This document shows positions 28,151 to 37,247 of a stretch of DNA of 64,000 nucleotides, in pieces (the first letter of the stretch is position 1; every line of letters starts with the position of its first letter). The notes beneath the pieces were generated by a model that did no database searches, had not been told where the DNA came from, and saw only the letters and a program-made list of their open reading frames with translations. The DNA is taken from assembly GCA_001189075.1 (NCBI GenBank), contig LFCN01000006.1, positions 524,866 to 588,865 of the forward strand. The letters run 5' to 3'. Position numbers and translations under genes: made by a program. The stretch comes from Parcubacteria bacterium C7867-004. Lineage in GTDB: Bacteria; Patescibacteriota; Minisyncoccia; Phycocordibacterales; Phycocordibacteraceae.

Positions 28151-29414
28151 GACGAACGGTTGCGCTAGTCGCGAACTCGATGAGCTCCTCGCGAGTGATG
28201 AGCTTAGTCTCGCCGTTCTTGCGATACGTTACTTCGAGCTTCCCGCTCTCGAGTGTCGACTTCCCAACGACGACGCGGCACGGGATGCCGATGAGGTCAG
28301 CATCAGCGAGCTTCTCTCCCGCTCGCGCGTCGCGATCGTCATAGAGCGCTTCGACTCCGGCCTTCGCAAGATCTTCGTAGAGCGAATCAGCGTACGCTAC
28401 CGCAGCCGGATCGTTCGGTACGAGCGAGACGATGTGCACGAGGAACGGCGCGACGGCCTCCGGCCAGACCATGCCCTTATCGTCAGCGAACACTTCGACG
28501 ATGGTGCCCATGAGACGGGTGATACCGATGCCATAGGAGCCGAGGATAACCGGCTTCTCCTCTCCTGATTCATCCTTGTACATGAGGCCGAGCTGCTTCG
28601 ATTTCACGTCGCCGAAGTTGAAGATATTTCCGACCTCGATAGCCTTCACCTCCTCGAGGTCTTCTCGCTTAACCTCAAGCTGCGCGAGGACCTCGTCGGT
28701 GAGCACTTCCTTATTGATAGCGATCTTCTTCTCGCGGTGGAGATATACCAGATCCTCACCCACGTCCGAAAGCGTCTGGAACTCATGGCTGAACTGCGTG
28801 AACGCGCCGCCGGACGCGACCGTGAGGAAGGTCCGATCGCCGAGACCAGCGCGGTCGAAGATGCGCAGGTACGCTTCGATCACCGAGTCATAGAAGGCCT
28901 TATGCGTGGCTTCGTCGGTGTTGTACGAATACATGTCCTTCATCACGAACTCGCGTCCGCGCATGATGCCCGACTTCGCGCGCAACTCATTGCGGAGCTT
29001 CGTCTGGAACTGGTACGCGTACTTCGGAAGATCGCGATAGCTCTCGACGTACGACTTCATCATGTCGGTTATCGGCTCCTCGTGAGACCAGCCGAATCCG
29101 ACTTCCGTTCCGTTCTTAAGTTCCGACTTGAACCAGACGTCGACGTTCTTGTCGTTCCATCGGTCAGTCGTCTCCCACAGTTCCTTGCGCTGGAGGGAGG
29201 TCATGATCATCTCCTGCCCTCCGACGGCATCCATCTCCTCGCGTACGACGCGCTTTATCTTGTCGATCACGCGCAGACCGAGCGGCAGGTACGCATATAC
29301 GCCCGCCATCTCCTTATGCACGAACCCCGCACGTATGAGCAGCTGGGCATTCTTCGCCTCCTCATCTTTTGGCGCCTCGCGCCTGGTCTTCGTGAACAGC
29401 TGACTTTGCCGCAT
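28143..29414 (-). CDS. proS: Proline--tRNA ligase (short form, no editing insertion)
   Basis: LLIRAGFV..EMAGVY..LPLG, QFQTKLRNELR..GIMRGREFVMKDMYS, EVGNIF, GSYGIGITRL. Confidence 0.96.
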   Translation of the reverse strand: MRQSQLFTKTRREAPKDEEAKNAQLLIRAGFVHKEMAGVYAYLPLGLRVIDKIKRVVREEMDAVGGQEMIMTSLQRKELWETTDRWNDKNVDVWFKSELKNGTEVGFGWSHEEPITDMMKSYVESYRDLPKYAYQFQTKLRNELRAKSGIMRGREFVMKDMYSYNTDEATHKAFYDSVIEAYLRIFDRAGLGDRTFLTVASGGAFTQFSHEFQTLSDVGEDLVYLHREKKIAINKEVLTDEVLAQLEVKREDLEEVKAIEVGNIFNFGDVKSKQLGLMYKDESGEEKPVILGSYGIGITRLMGTIVEVFADDKGMVWPEAVAPFLVHIVSLVPNDPAAVAYADSLYEDLAKAGVEALYDDRDARAGEKLADADLIGIPCRVVVGKSTLESGKLEVTYRKNGETKLITREELIEFATSATVRHG

Positions 29415-29544
29415 AGTCGAATCAGTATACGTCTCTCCGACTGCACGAGCAAAAAGGCTCCATCGAATATGACAAAGCTGTGTTTAATGCTATAAAAAGC
29501 CCGACCCGATCTTTCTAGATCGAATACGAATCAGACTTGGAGGA

Positions 29545-30114
29545 ATGCCCGTGGGCAGGATTGTCACCATCACCGGAGCAACCGGGACCGGCAAGAGCGA
29601 GATCGTCCGGGTGCTGCTGACCGACCCGCTGCAACGGATCGGGCTCATCCCTTGTTGTACGACGCGCCCACCAATCAAGAGCGATATCAGAGGCGAGTAC
29701 CGGGAGGTCCTCAGTTTCGAGTCCATGAGTTTCGGAAACAGGAAACTCTATATCTGGGACACCTACCATAGCGGGGCTCAGTATGCATTGAGCATCTGCG
29801 ACGTTGACCGTGCCCTCAAAAGCGATCACCAGTGGGTCATCATCCTGTCGCCCGAGCACGTCGAGAAGCTTTTCAGCTATTGTGCGCTTCTCAATCTCCG
29901 GAAGCAGATCCTTCCGATTTTTCTTGAAGCGCCGACCCAGAAGACTCTGAGGCGCCGTATGGATAAGCGGGGTGACCCGCCCGACTTCATCCAATCAAGA
30001 TTGGAGTCTGAACGGGAATGGACTTCTGTGGCAAAAGCCTCAGCCGTTCCCTTCCACTTCGTACCAAGTGGCACGTTCGAGAAGGTGCTCGTAAACGTAT
30101 TCGAACTCGTGTGA
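29545..30114 (+). CDS. Guanylate-kinase-like P-loop protein
   Basis: ITGATGTGKS, TTRPP, IFLEAP..TLRRRM..RGD; own promoter and GGAGGA SD. Confidence 0.75.
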   Translation: MPVGRIVTITGATGTGKSEIVRVLLTDPLQRIGLIPCCTTRPPIKSDIRGEYREVLSFESMSFGNRKLYIWDTYHSGAQYALSICDVDRALKSDHQWVIILSPEHVEKLFSYCALLNLRKQILPIFLEAPTQKTLRRRMDKRGDPPDFIQSRLESEREWTSVAKASAVPFHFVPSGTFEKVLVNVFELV

Positions 30115-30151
30115 GTCACGCCCTAACTGCATCTCCGGATGCGGTTTTTCT

Positions 30152-31249
30152 TTACCCAACGATCTTGAAGATATCGTGTGCCGTAACTACCACCATAAGG
30201 AGAATGAGAAATGCAAACCCGACTGCGTTCACCGCGTTAGCAAATGCAGGCTTTATGGGGCGGCGAGTAATAGCTTCGATGATAACGAAAAGGAGCCTGC
30301 CGCCGTCGAGCGCCGGTATAGGAAGCAGATTGATGAGTGCGAGGTTTATCGAGATGAGCGCCGTTATGGAAAGGAGTGCTGCAAGGCCGTCGCTTGATGC
30401 AATGCCCACCGCACCCGCGATGCCAATCGGTCCCGATACCTGAGCCAGGTCAGCCGTGAGCGTGAAGATGCTACCAAAGAAGTGCGCGAGCGCTACCGCC
30501 GTGTCTTTCGTAAGCTGCCACGTAAGCAGAAGCGCTTCCCAGGGAGCCTCAAGCAGCGGCACCTTAACCGTACCGATGGTAGCGAGCCCGATGCCTAGCG
30601 CATAGCGTTCAGGAGCGCTGGCGATGATTCCCTTATTCGGCGTAACCGACACCGTCTTCACTTCGCTTCCGTGCTTAACGGAAAGCTCAAGAGGAGCATC
30701 AGCGCCCTCCTCGTTTATGAGCGCCATGAACAGCGTCGGATCGGGTCCCGCGTAGGTGCCACCTGCGGCTGTCGATGAGACGATCACGTCTCCGGGAACC
30801 AGTCCCGCGATGCCGGCCGGAGAATCCGGAAGCACGCTTGCGATCGCAAGCTGCGCATCCGGCGCTTTCGCTACTTCCTCGGGAGAAAGCGCGCGCGTCG
30901 TCCCGAGCGCGAGCACGACGGTAAGCAGAAGGAACGCGAAGAAGAGGTTCATGGCGATGCCTGCCACGAGCACGAGTGCCTGGAGGCTTCGAGGCTTCGC
31001 CGTGAATGCGCGCGGGTCAGGATCTACTCCTACTTCAGGGTCTTCCCCATGGATCTTCACGAATCCCCCGAACGGAAGCCAGTTAAAGGTGTACTCCGTC
31101 TCGCCGAACTTCTTTCCCCATACCTTAGGCGGGTAGCCGAGCCCAAACTCATCCACGCGCATCCCCGAAAGCTTCGCTACGACGAAATGCCCGAACTCAT
31201 GCACGACGATGAGCGCGACCAGTACAAGTATGAAAATGACTATGGTCAT
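30152..31249 (-). CDS. rseP: M50 intramembrane metalloprotease RseP
   Basis: HEFGH, PFGGFV, PDZ domain, SGPIGI, NLLPIPALDGG. Confidence 0.95.
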   Translation of the reverse strand: MTIVIFILVLVALIVVHEFGHFVVAKLSGMRVDEFGLGYPPKVWGKKFGETEYTFNWLPFGGFVKIHGEDPEVGVDPDPRAFTAKPRSLQALVLVAGIAMNLFFAFLLLTVVLALGTTRALSPEEVAKAPDAQLAIASVLPDSPAGIAGLVPGDVIVSSTAAGGTYAGPDPTLFMALINEEGADAPLELSVKHGSEVKTVSVTPNKGIIASAPERYALGIGLATIGTVKVPLLEAPWEALLLTWQLTKDTAVALAHFFGSIFTLTADLAQVSGPIGIAGAVGIASSDGLAALLSITALISINLALINLLPIPALDGGRLLFVIIEAITRRPIKPAFANAVNAVGFAFLILLMVVVTAHDIFKIVG

Positions 31250-31800
31250 ACGGAGATCTCCGTTTCCTTACGCTTGCCGAGGCCGTCGAGCGCTTCGTTG
31301 GCAGCATCGATCTTCTTCTGGACCTGCTCCTTGAAGCGGGTTACCTCGTCCTTGCCCATGCCACCTTCTTTCTCCGCCGCATCGATCGCTTTGAGGGTAT
31401 CGGTACGATGTCCGCGAAGCGTTACGCGCGCAGTCTCTACTTTATCCCCTGCCACCTTGAGGAGCATGGTGCGGCGCTCCGCCGTGAGCTCCGGGAACGT
31501 GACGCGCAAACCAACTTCGTCGGTGGCGACCCCGATGCCGAGGTCCGCGTCCTGTATCGCCTTCTCGATGTTCTTCGTGAGGTCCTTGTCCCACGGCACG
31601 ACGCGCAGCGTTCGGGAGTCCTCGATGGTTACCGACGCGATCTGATTCACCGCCTGACGGGTGCCGTATGCCTCGGGCTTTATGGAGTCGAGAATGGAAG
31701 GAGTCGCACGGCCCGTGCGTACACCGGAAAGCTCGCGGACCAGCCACTCTTCGGTCTCCTTGATAGCGGAGTCGAGCTTCGAGAAATCGAATGATGCCAT
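31246..31800 (-). CDS. frr: Ribosome recycling factor
   Basis: RTGRATPSILD, PWDK, FPELTAERR; start ATG 31800. Confidence 0.96.
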   Translation of the reverse strand: MASFDFSKLDSAIKETEEWLVRELSGVRTGRATPSILDSIKPEAYGTRQAVNQIASVTIEDSRTLRVVPWDKDLTKNIEKAIQDADLGIGVATDEVGLRVTFPELTAERRTMLLKVAGDKVETARVTLRGHRTDTLKAIDAAEKEGGMGKDEVTRFKEQVQKKIDAANEALDGLGKRKETEISV

Positions 31801-31874
31801 TGGAGTTGAGTGTACCAGAAAATGGCGGGGTATAAAAAATGCGAAGCCGGGACTTCGCATTCATCCTTAAACCG

Positions 31875-32210
31875 TCACGCTTGAACGGCCTCCTCAGACG
31901 GTTCTTCTTCGGCAATGCCGAAGATCCGGTCCAGGATCTCGTAGGTGCAGGCCTCGGCCGTGACCTCGACGAAACGCTCCTTGTTCACGATCGCAGCCGT
32001 CGCGTCCAGTCGGTACTTCTGGCCTTTCGGGTCGTTGGCGACCTTGCCGCGTGCCATCCTGAGGCACTGCTCCTGGACGACGATGACTTTCCCGATGTCG
32101 TCCGGGAACAGGGCCTCGGCGGACGCCTCCTGTCCGCGGGCGGGATGAGCGGTCGCGAGCGAAAGGGCCGCGAGACCTGCGAAGCCGACCAAAAGGATCT
32201 TACATTTCAT
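31875..32210 (-). CDS. Hypothetical secreted protein (orphan)
   Basis: Signal peptide MKCKILLVGFAGLAALSLATAHPARG. Confidence 0.6.
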   Translation of the reverse strand: MKCKILLVGFAGLAALSLATAHPARGQEASAEALFPDDIGKVIVVQEQCLRMARGKVANDPKGQKYRLDATAAIVNKERFVEVTAEACTYEILDRIFGIAEEEPSEEAVQA

Positions 32211-32273
32211 CCTGAGCGCTCCCCAACATTCGGACAAGCACCTGCCTGTCCGTCGGAACGTTATACCACGTTT

Positions 32274-32969
32274 TTAGGAGGCGCGGAGCGTCGTCGGTAT
32301 AATGATGAGGAGATGCTCGAAGATGAGCTTCAGAGGTGCCGCACGATCATGAAGCATCGGCGCGAATCGGTCGAGGTCCCGGAGCAGGAGCGTAAGCTCT
32401 TCCGAGTCCTTCTTTGTGCGCGCCATATATGCCGTACGTGTTATCCCTTCCAGAAGTCCTACGGCAGCCAGCCGCGCCGCCTGCTTCTCTTCGTCCTTGT
32501 CGGACTTCGTCCGCAGTAAAAGCTTCGCGACCAACTTCTCGCGCTCTCCTTGATCAGCGTTTAGAAATGCGACCGCTTCCTCTGACACAAGTGTGGCCTT
32601 CTGGGATACCCCAGGAAGTTTGATGAGCCGGGAGCGCAACGTCGGGAGCAAAATTCCCTCGGACGGGACGATGAGGATGAGCGTCGTTCTCTCGGGAGGC
32701 TCCTCGAATACCTTGAGGAGCGCATTCTGTGCTTCATGGAAGATGCGGGCGACCGCGAGGATAATCACCTTCTGGTCGCCGGCGATGGATCCCTGCATCG
32801 CGACCTCTCCTACGCGCCTGGCGTCCGCCACCGAGAAGAGCCCGAAGGAAAGCTGGGCGATATCGGGGTTCGCCTGAGGATCCATGCCGAGTTCCCGCTC
32901 CGCATACGCGAGCGAGGCGGCTATTCCCTCCTTCTGATCGCCTGAATAGACATACGCATGGTGCGCCAT
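32274..32969 (-). CDS. holB: DNA polymerase III delta-prime-like subunit
   Basis: HHAYV, EAQNALLKVFEEPP, LLPTLRSRL. Confidence 0.85.
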   Translation of the reverse strand: MAHHAYVYSGDQKEGIAASLAYAERELGMDPQANPDIAQLSFGLFSVADARRVGEVAMQGSIAGDQKVIILAVARIFHEAQNALLKVFEEPPERTTLILIVPSEGILLPTLRSRLIKLPGVSQKATLVSEEAVAFLNADQGEREKLVAKLLLRTKSDKDEEKQAARLAAVGLLEGITRTAYMARTKKDSEELTLLLRDLDRFAPMLHDRAAPLKLIFEHLLIIIPTTLRAS

Positions 32970-33024
32970 TGCCCTATTGTACGCGGTGGTAGACTGGTTC
33001 CATAGCTCTAACGCTTTCATTCCT

Positions 33025-33501
33025 ATGAACACCAAGATAATCACCGGTATCGCTGTCGTAATCGCTCTCCTGGTCGTCGGCTGGTGGTACTGGACCTATC
33101 TCGCACCCCGCGCGCTCGCTCCTACCCAAGAGATGGCGACGACAACCGAAGAAGGCAGCGTAAACGAGGTTGCGAACACTACTGACGCTTTCAAGGCCAA
33201 GCTCGCCGGCGACTGGCGCAGCAAGGACGACGCGAAGTTCACGCGCCAGTTCTCGGCCGACGGGACCGTTGTCGATCGATACCAAGGGAATGATGACGCT
33301 ACCGTCACCGGCGAGTGGTCGATCGTCGCCGACCCTTCAAAAGAAGCGATACCGCTCCCGGTCGTGAAGGACGCGAAGATCGTTAAGATCGAGTTCCCCG
33401 AAGAAGCGCTCTACTTCGCAGTGAACGGCCTTACCGAAACCGATCTCTCCATGATCTACCTCACCGGCAACGGCACTCTCGAGTTCTCGAGGGTTCGCTA
33501 A
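33025..33501 (+). CDS. Membrane-anchored hypothetical protein (lipocalin-like LAGDW motif)
   Basis: N-terminal TM; KLAGDW..., F..DGT, GEWSI. Confidence 0.65.
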   Translation: MNTKIITGIAVVIALLVVGWWYWTYLAPRALAPTQEMATTTEEGSVNEVANTTDAFKAKLAGDWRSKDDAKFTRQFSADGTVVDRYQGNDDATVTGEWSIVADPSKEAIPLPVVKDAKIVKIEFPEEALYFAVNGLTETDLSMIYLTGNGTLEFSRVR

Positions 33502-33550
33502 GAATTCATCCAATGCGCCAAAAGAGCCCGTAGATACGGTCTCTTTTTAT

Positions 33551-33579
33551 TTGACTTATATAGATATACGTGCTATATT
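33551..33579 (+). promoter_or_regulatory. Sigma70 promoter
   Basis: TTGACT-17nt-TATATT. Confidence 0.65.
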
Positions 33580-33638
33580 GTATTCGAACCTAGACTTCGG
33601 TCGTAGGTGAGCCCTTCAACAAATGGAAAGGACGGATA

Positions 33639-34253
33639 ATGACCGTCGTTACGAGCATCACGGCCCTGCGTCACGGAAACGCAGAGAGGAAAGTCGACAC
33701 CGGTAACACCCGGGACGACGACCTTGTTCGCCGACTCTCGGAAACCGGCGTCGCCCAGGCCAAAAACAAGACGGACCTGTTCAACCAGGAGACCGCCACG
33801 GTCCTCACCTCGCCGGCGCTCCGCGCGCAATACACGGCGGAGCTCGTCTGCGACAACGTCGTGATCAAGGCCACCCACATCCTCCCCGAGCTCTACACGC
33901 CCGTCGGCAAGGATGGCGAACGTCTGGACGCCGACTTCGAACGGCTCGGATACGCTCCGGCGGCGACCTACCTCGCCCAGGACACGTTCGGGGCGTGGCG
34001 CCGCTTCGAAGCGACGGCCGGCAAGGCCATCGCCTCCAAGATCCAGTCCGCGAGCGACGGCAACATCAACGACTTCGTGGTCGGCGGCCATGCCGTCTAC
34101 ACGAACGTGGCCATCGCCGGCGCGCTCTACGAACTCGGGTACGAAGTGCCCGACTACGTGATCAAGGTGATCTACGCGCTCGAGCTCCCCGAAGTCGGGG
34201 CGTTCACGATCACCTTCATCGACGGCAAGTTCGCCTCGCTGGAGATCTTCTAG
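33639..34253 (+). CDS. Histidine phosphatase superfamily protein (SixA/PGM-like)
   Basis: LRHG, R.LSETGVAQA, LTSPALRAQYTA, VVGGH; terminator at 34292-34323. Confidence 0.85.
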   Translation: MTVVTSITALRHGNAERKVDTGNTRDDDLVRRLSETGVAQAKNKTDLFNQETATVLTSPALRAQYTAELVCDNVVIKATHILPELYTPVGKDGERLDADFERLGYAPAATYLAQDTFGAWRRFEATAGKAIASKIQSASDGNINDFVVGGHAVYTNVAIAGALYELGYEVPDYVIKVIYALELPEVGAFTITFIDGKFASLEIF

Positions 34254-34420
34254 TCTCCGGTACCTTTCCACCAACAAGCACCTTCACTACGAGGGCCCCG
34301 CACACACTACGCGGGGCCCTTTCTGCATATATCTGAAAGTATTTGACATTCCTTAACTTCGAGGGATACTTGCACTGACGAGGCCTTCACCGCTCGTCTG
34401 CGCAATCTAAGGAGATTCCT

Positions 34421-34774
34421 GTGCGCACGGTAACCCGGACTGCTCTTTGTGTACTCGCTATCGCGGTCTACGGATTACCTGCCCGCGCGCAGGAAGATCC
34501 GAAGGACGCCCTCGCGAGGGCTGTCTTCTCCTCGAATGGCGTGACCTACGTGCCCGACCCTGACCGCTTCTATCTCTCTGGTTCGGAGATGGACCGGCGG
34601 ACTCTGAACCTGAGGCCGTGGTCGCCCGAACAGCCCGACTGGCGGGCGAATGTTGGGCTCCGCGACAAGAACGGTAACCCGAAGCGTCCCTGGATCGAGC
34701 GGCTTGAACCGATCGGTGCGCGACCGAAGGTCTCCTTCGGCGCAACAGTCACCCGCGCCATACCCAAATCATGA
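34421..34774 (+). CDS. Hypothetical secreted protein (orphan)
   Basis: TTGACA at 34343, AAGGAG SD, signal peptide ending ARA. Confidence 0.6.
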   Translation: MRTVTRTALCVLAIAVYGLPARAQEDPKDALARAVFSSNGVTYVPDPDRFYLSGSEMDRRTLNLRPWSPEQPDWRANVGLRDKNGNPKRPWIERLEPIGARPKVSFGATVTRAIPKS

Positions 34775-34803
34775 GCTCGTCCTCACCGGCGGGCTCTTTT
34801 CTT

Positions 34804-36228
34804 TTATCCCGCTCGCTCGAGTACCCGCACCATTCCCGTATTCGCATCTACCTCGAGCAGATCGCCGTCCTTGAACACTTGTGTGGCGAACTTAGTGCCG
34901 ATGATGCAGGGCTTCTTCATCTCGCGAGACACGATGGCTGCATGCGAGAGCATGCCGCCGATATCGGTGACTATCGCACAGGAGCGCTGCATGAGCAGGA
35001 CGAAATCGGGCGTCGTCATCGTGGTGACGAGCACGTCGCCCTGTTCCATCTTCCCGAACTCGTCGAGGTTCATGATCACCTTCGCCCGCCCCTGGACATT
35101 TCCCTTGTTCGCGATCTGTCCCTTGAGTTCGGTGGTGCCGCTGCCTACCTTCGGTATGAAGGTCTCAAGATACCGGATGTCTTCCGGGTCATCGATGAAA
35201 TGTGCCTTTCCTTCTGCATCTGCTCGTACCGCCCATTTGCGATCAGCACGCTTCTCAATGCGCGCCTGGAGCTCTTCGGGCGTAAGCGCCCCTGTAAGGC
35301 CCGCGCGTATCTCGTCATGATTGAGCGACATAAGCTCGCGATAGGAAACGCCGAACCGGTCGGCGACGCGCAGCAGAAACGGCCGCGCATGGAGATGCAG
35401 CATGGAGACGTACTCAGCGCAGCCCTGCTTTCCGTACCCGATAGCGGTGAGGCAGCGCAGCAGATGACGTACGTTGTCGGAGACCGGAGGCTGCTCGTGC
35501 GCCGCCTCATCGAGCGAGACGTTGCTGATCATATCCAGGAGCCGCGGCAGCGTAAGCTCTTCCCCGATCCAGTTCGCCATCTCGATCCAGCCGTAGCGCT
35601 TCCGGTGATCCTCGAGCTTGGCGAAAAGCTCGCTATCAGCTTCAACTTCTGCGAGCGAGCGGCCATTGATCTCCCGCGCGAGCTGCTTGAGCTCTTCTTG
35701 CTGCCGATACAGAGGCGTATCGATCACGATGAGGCCCGCAACCACGTCCGGCGCTATCGACTCTTTCACGACCTGCTCGAGGAAGACCTCCTCGAGCACA
35801 TACGCTATCTGGCTCGCCGACGCGCTCCAGTAGAACATGAGGCGGCGTACCACCGATACGAGCCGCTCGAAGTTCTCGAGGGTCGGCTCATACGCCGGAA
35901 CCTCGAGCGCGAAATTGAGTGCGTCCTGGCAGGCGTTTCTGGCTGCGTGCTCGTACTTCTCGAAGAACGGGTCGTGCCGCTCCACCAAGTCGCGCATCAC
36001 CTCCCGCAGCCGGTTGCGTTCCGGTACGTTATAGAAGACGTGTCCGCCGCACAGAGCGAACATGCTGCACTCGCGCATATCGAGGCCAACCGATTCCGCA
36101 AACTCTTTCCGATACCAGTCCTGCCAGAACCATGCAGCGAAGAGGTCCTCTTTCCAGAGGCCGAGATACGCCCAGTCTTCGGGCTTGAATCCTGCGAGTT
36201 CCGGAGAATTGAATGCGTGGTCGCTCAT
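34804..36228 (-). CDS. Variable N-terminal domain + PEP-utilizer phospho-His swivel domain
   Basis: C-terminal VTDIGGMLSHAAIVSRE..PCIIG..GDLLEVDA. Confidence 0.88.
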   Translation of the reverse strand: MSDHAFNSPELAGFKPEDWAYLGLWKEDLFAAWFWQDWYRKEFAESVGLDMRECSMFALCGGHVFYNVPERNRLREVMRDLVERHDPFFEKYEHAARNACQDALNFALEVPAYEPTLENFERLVSVVRRLMFYWSASASQIAYVLEEVFLEQVVKESIAPDVVAGLIVIDTPLYRQQEELKQLAREINGRSLAEVEADSELFAKLEDHRKRYGWIEMANWIGEELTLPRLLDMISNVSLDEAAHEQPPVSDNVRHLLRCLTAIGYGKQGCAEYVSMLHLHARPFLLRVADRFGVSYRELMSLNHDEIRAGLTGALTPEELQARIEKRADRKWAVRADAEGKAHFIDDPEDIRYLETFIPKVGSGTTELKGQIANKGNVQGRAKVIMNLDEFGKMEQGDVLVTTMTTPDFVLLMQRSCAIVTDIGGMLSHAAIVSREMKKPCIIGTKFATQVFKDGDLLEVDANTGMVRVLERAG

Positions 36229-37247
36229 AGTTTCCGTACTATACCCTTCTCCGCATCCACTTCAACCATATCGCCATCCTTGAATACCTTTGTGGCGATC
36301 TTCGCGCCGATCACGCACGGCTTCTTGAGCTCCCGCGCGACGATCGCGGCGTGACACATGATCCCGCCCTCATCAGTTACGAATGCGGCGGCGCGATGCA
36401 TCGCAGAAAGGAAATCAGGCGTCGTCATCGGCGAGACGAGGATATCTCCGTCAGTCACGTTGGTCATCTGCATCTTGTTCTTCACGATGCGAACTCGCCC
36501 GGTAACCATTCCCTTCTGGGCAACCTGTCCCTTCACTTCCGAGACCTGATCGACTGCATCGAATAATCCTTCGAACTCATATTTCGGGTGCTCCTTAGCA
36601 AACTGCTCGAGCGACATGACGAATCGTTCTTTTCCATCAACTGATACCACCCCGTTCATCCTTGCTTCTAGCGTCTCGGATGACGGAAGATGAGGGAACT
36701 CCTCGCACAGCACCAAGTTCGCATGTTCGCGCTTTCCTCCGAGCGCGACGATGCAGTCCTTTATGTAGACATCGTTGCGCGCAAAGAATTCGTCAGTAGT
36801 GCGAAGCGTCATCACGAGCTTCATGACGTCCTCCGGCGTGCGCGTATCGGTGCCTGGGTAGTACCACATGGAGAAAAGCGGAGCGGCTACTTTTATGAGC
36901 TCGACATATGCTTCAAGCCGTTCGATGTCAGCCGTCGGTCCGGCAGCCCAGAATCCTTGTATCTGCTCTAGAAGCGGTTGGTACTCCGCTATAACCGACT
37001 CTATGAATGCTGTACCGCCCTTATTGAGCTCGAGCAGCGTATCGAGCATCCATTCGATCGCTTCGGTATGCTCCCAGATTTGCAGGTTCTCCTCAGTAAC
37101 GAAGAAGATCTCGAATACGGGGAATGGTGAAGTCAGTCCAAGCTTCGGGAGAAGATGGTCAAGAAATCCTCTTGCCCAGTATTCCTCGAGCGCGAGCGTG
37201 AAGTCGCGTTCGTAGGGCTTCGTAAATACGATCTTCTTGTCACTCAT
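36225..37247 (-). CDS. Variable N-terminal domain + PEP-utilizer phospho-His swivel domain
   Basis: VTDEGGIMCHAAIVARE; ATGA overlaps with both neighbours. Confidence 0.88.
   Translation of the reverse strand: MSDKKIVFTKPYERDFTLALEEYWARGFLDHLLPKLGLTSPFPVFEIFFVTEENLQIWEHTEAIEWMLDTLLELNKGGTAFIESVIAEYQPLLEQIQGFWAAGPTADIERLEAYVELIKVAAPLFSMWYYPGTDTRTPEDVMKLVMTLRTTDEFFARNDVYIKDCIVALGGKREHANLVLCEEFPHLPSSETLEARMNGVVSVDGKERFVMSLEQFAKEHPKYEFEGLFDAVDQVSEVKGQVAQKGMVTGRVRIVKNKMQMTNVTDGDILVSPMTTPDFLSAMHRAAAFVTDEGGIMCHAAIVARELKKPCVIGAKIATKVFKDGDMVEVDAEKGIVRKL

Noticed and set aside
7331-32210. Several orphans end in Ala (AAMAA, CRAA, PAHA, EPVA, AVQA), like ssrA/Tsp degrons
   Set aside because: Core genes here (mraZ, rsmH, mreB, def, fmt) also end in Ala, so there is no specific signal
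34771-36354. 527-aa plus-strand ORF and many other long overlapping ORFs (e.g. 8998-10002, 17879-18874, 27132-28073)
   Set aside because: Antisense shadows of motif-supported genes in GC-rich coding DNA; no recognisable motifs of their own
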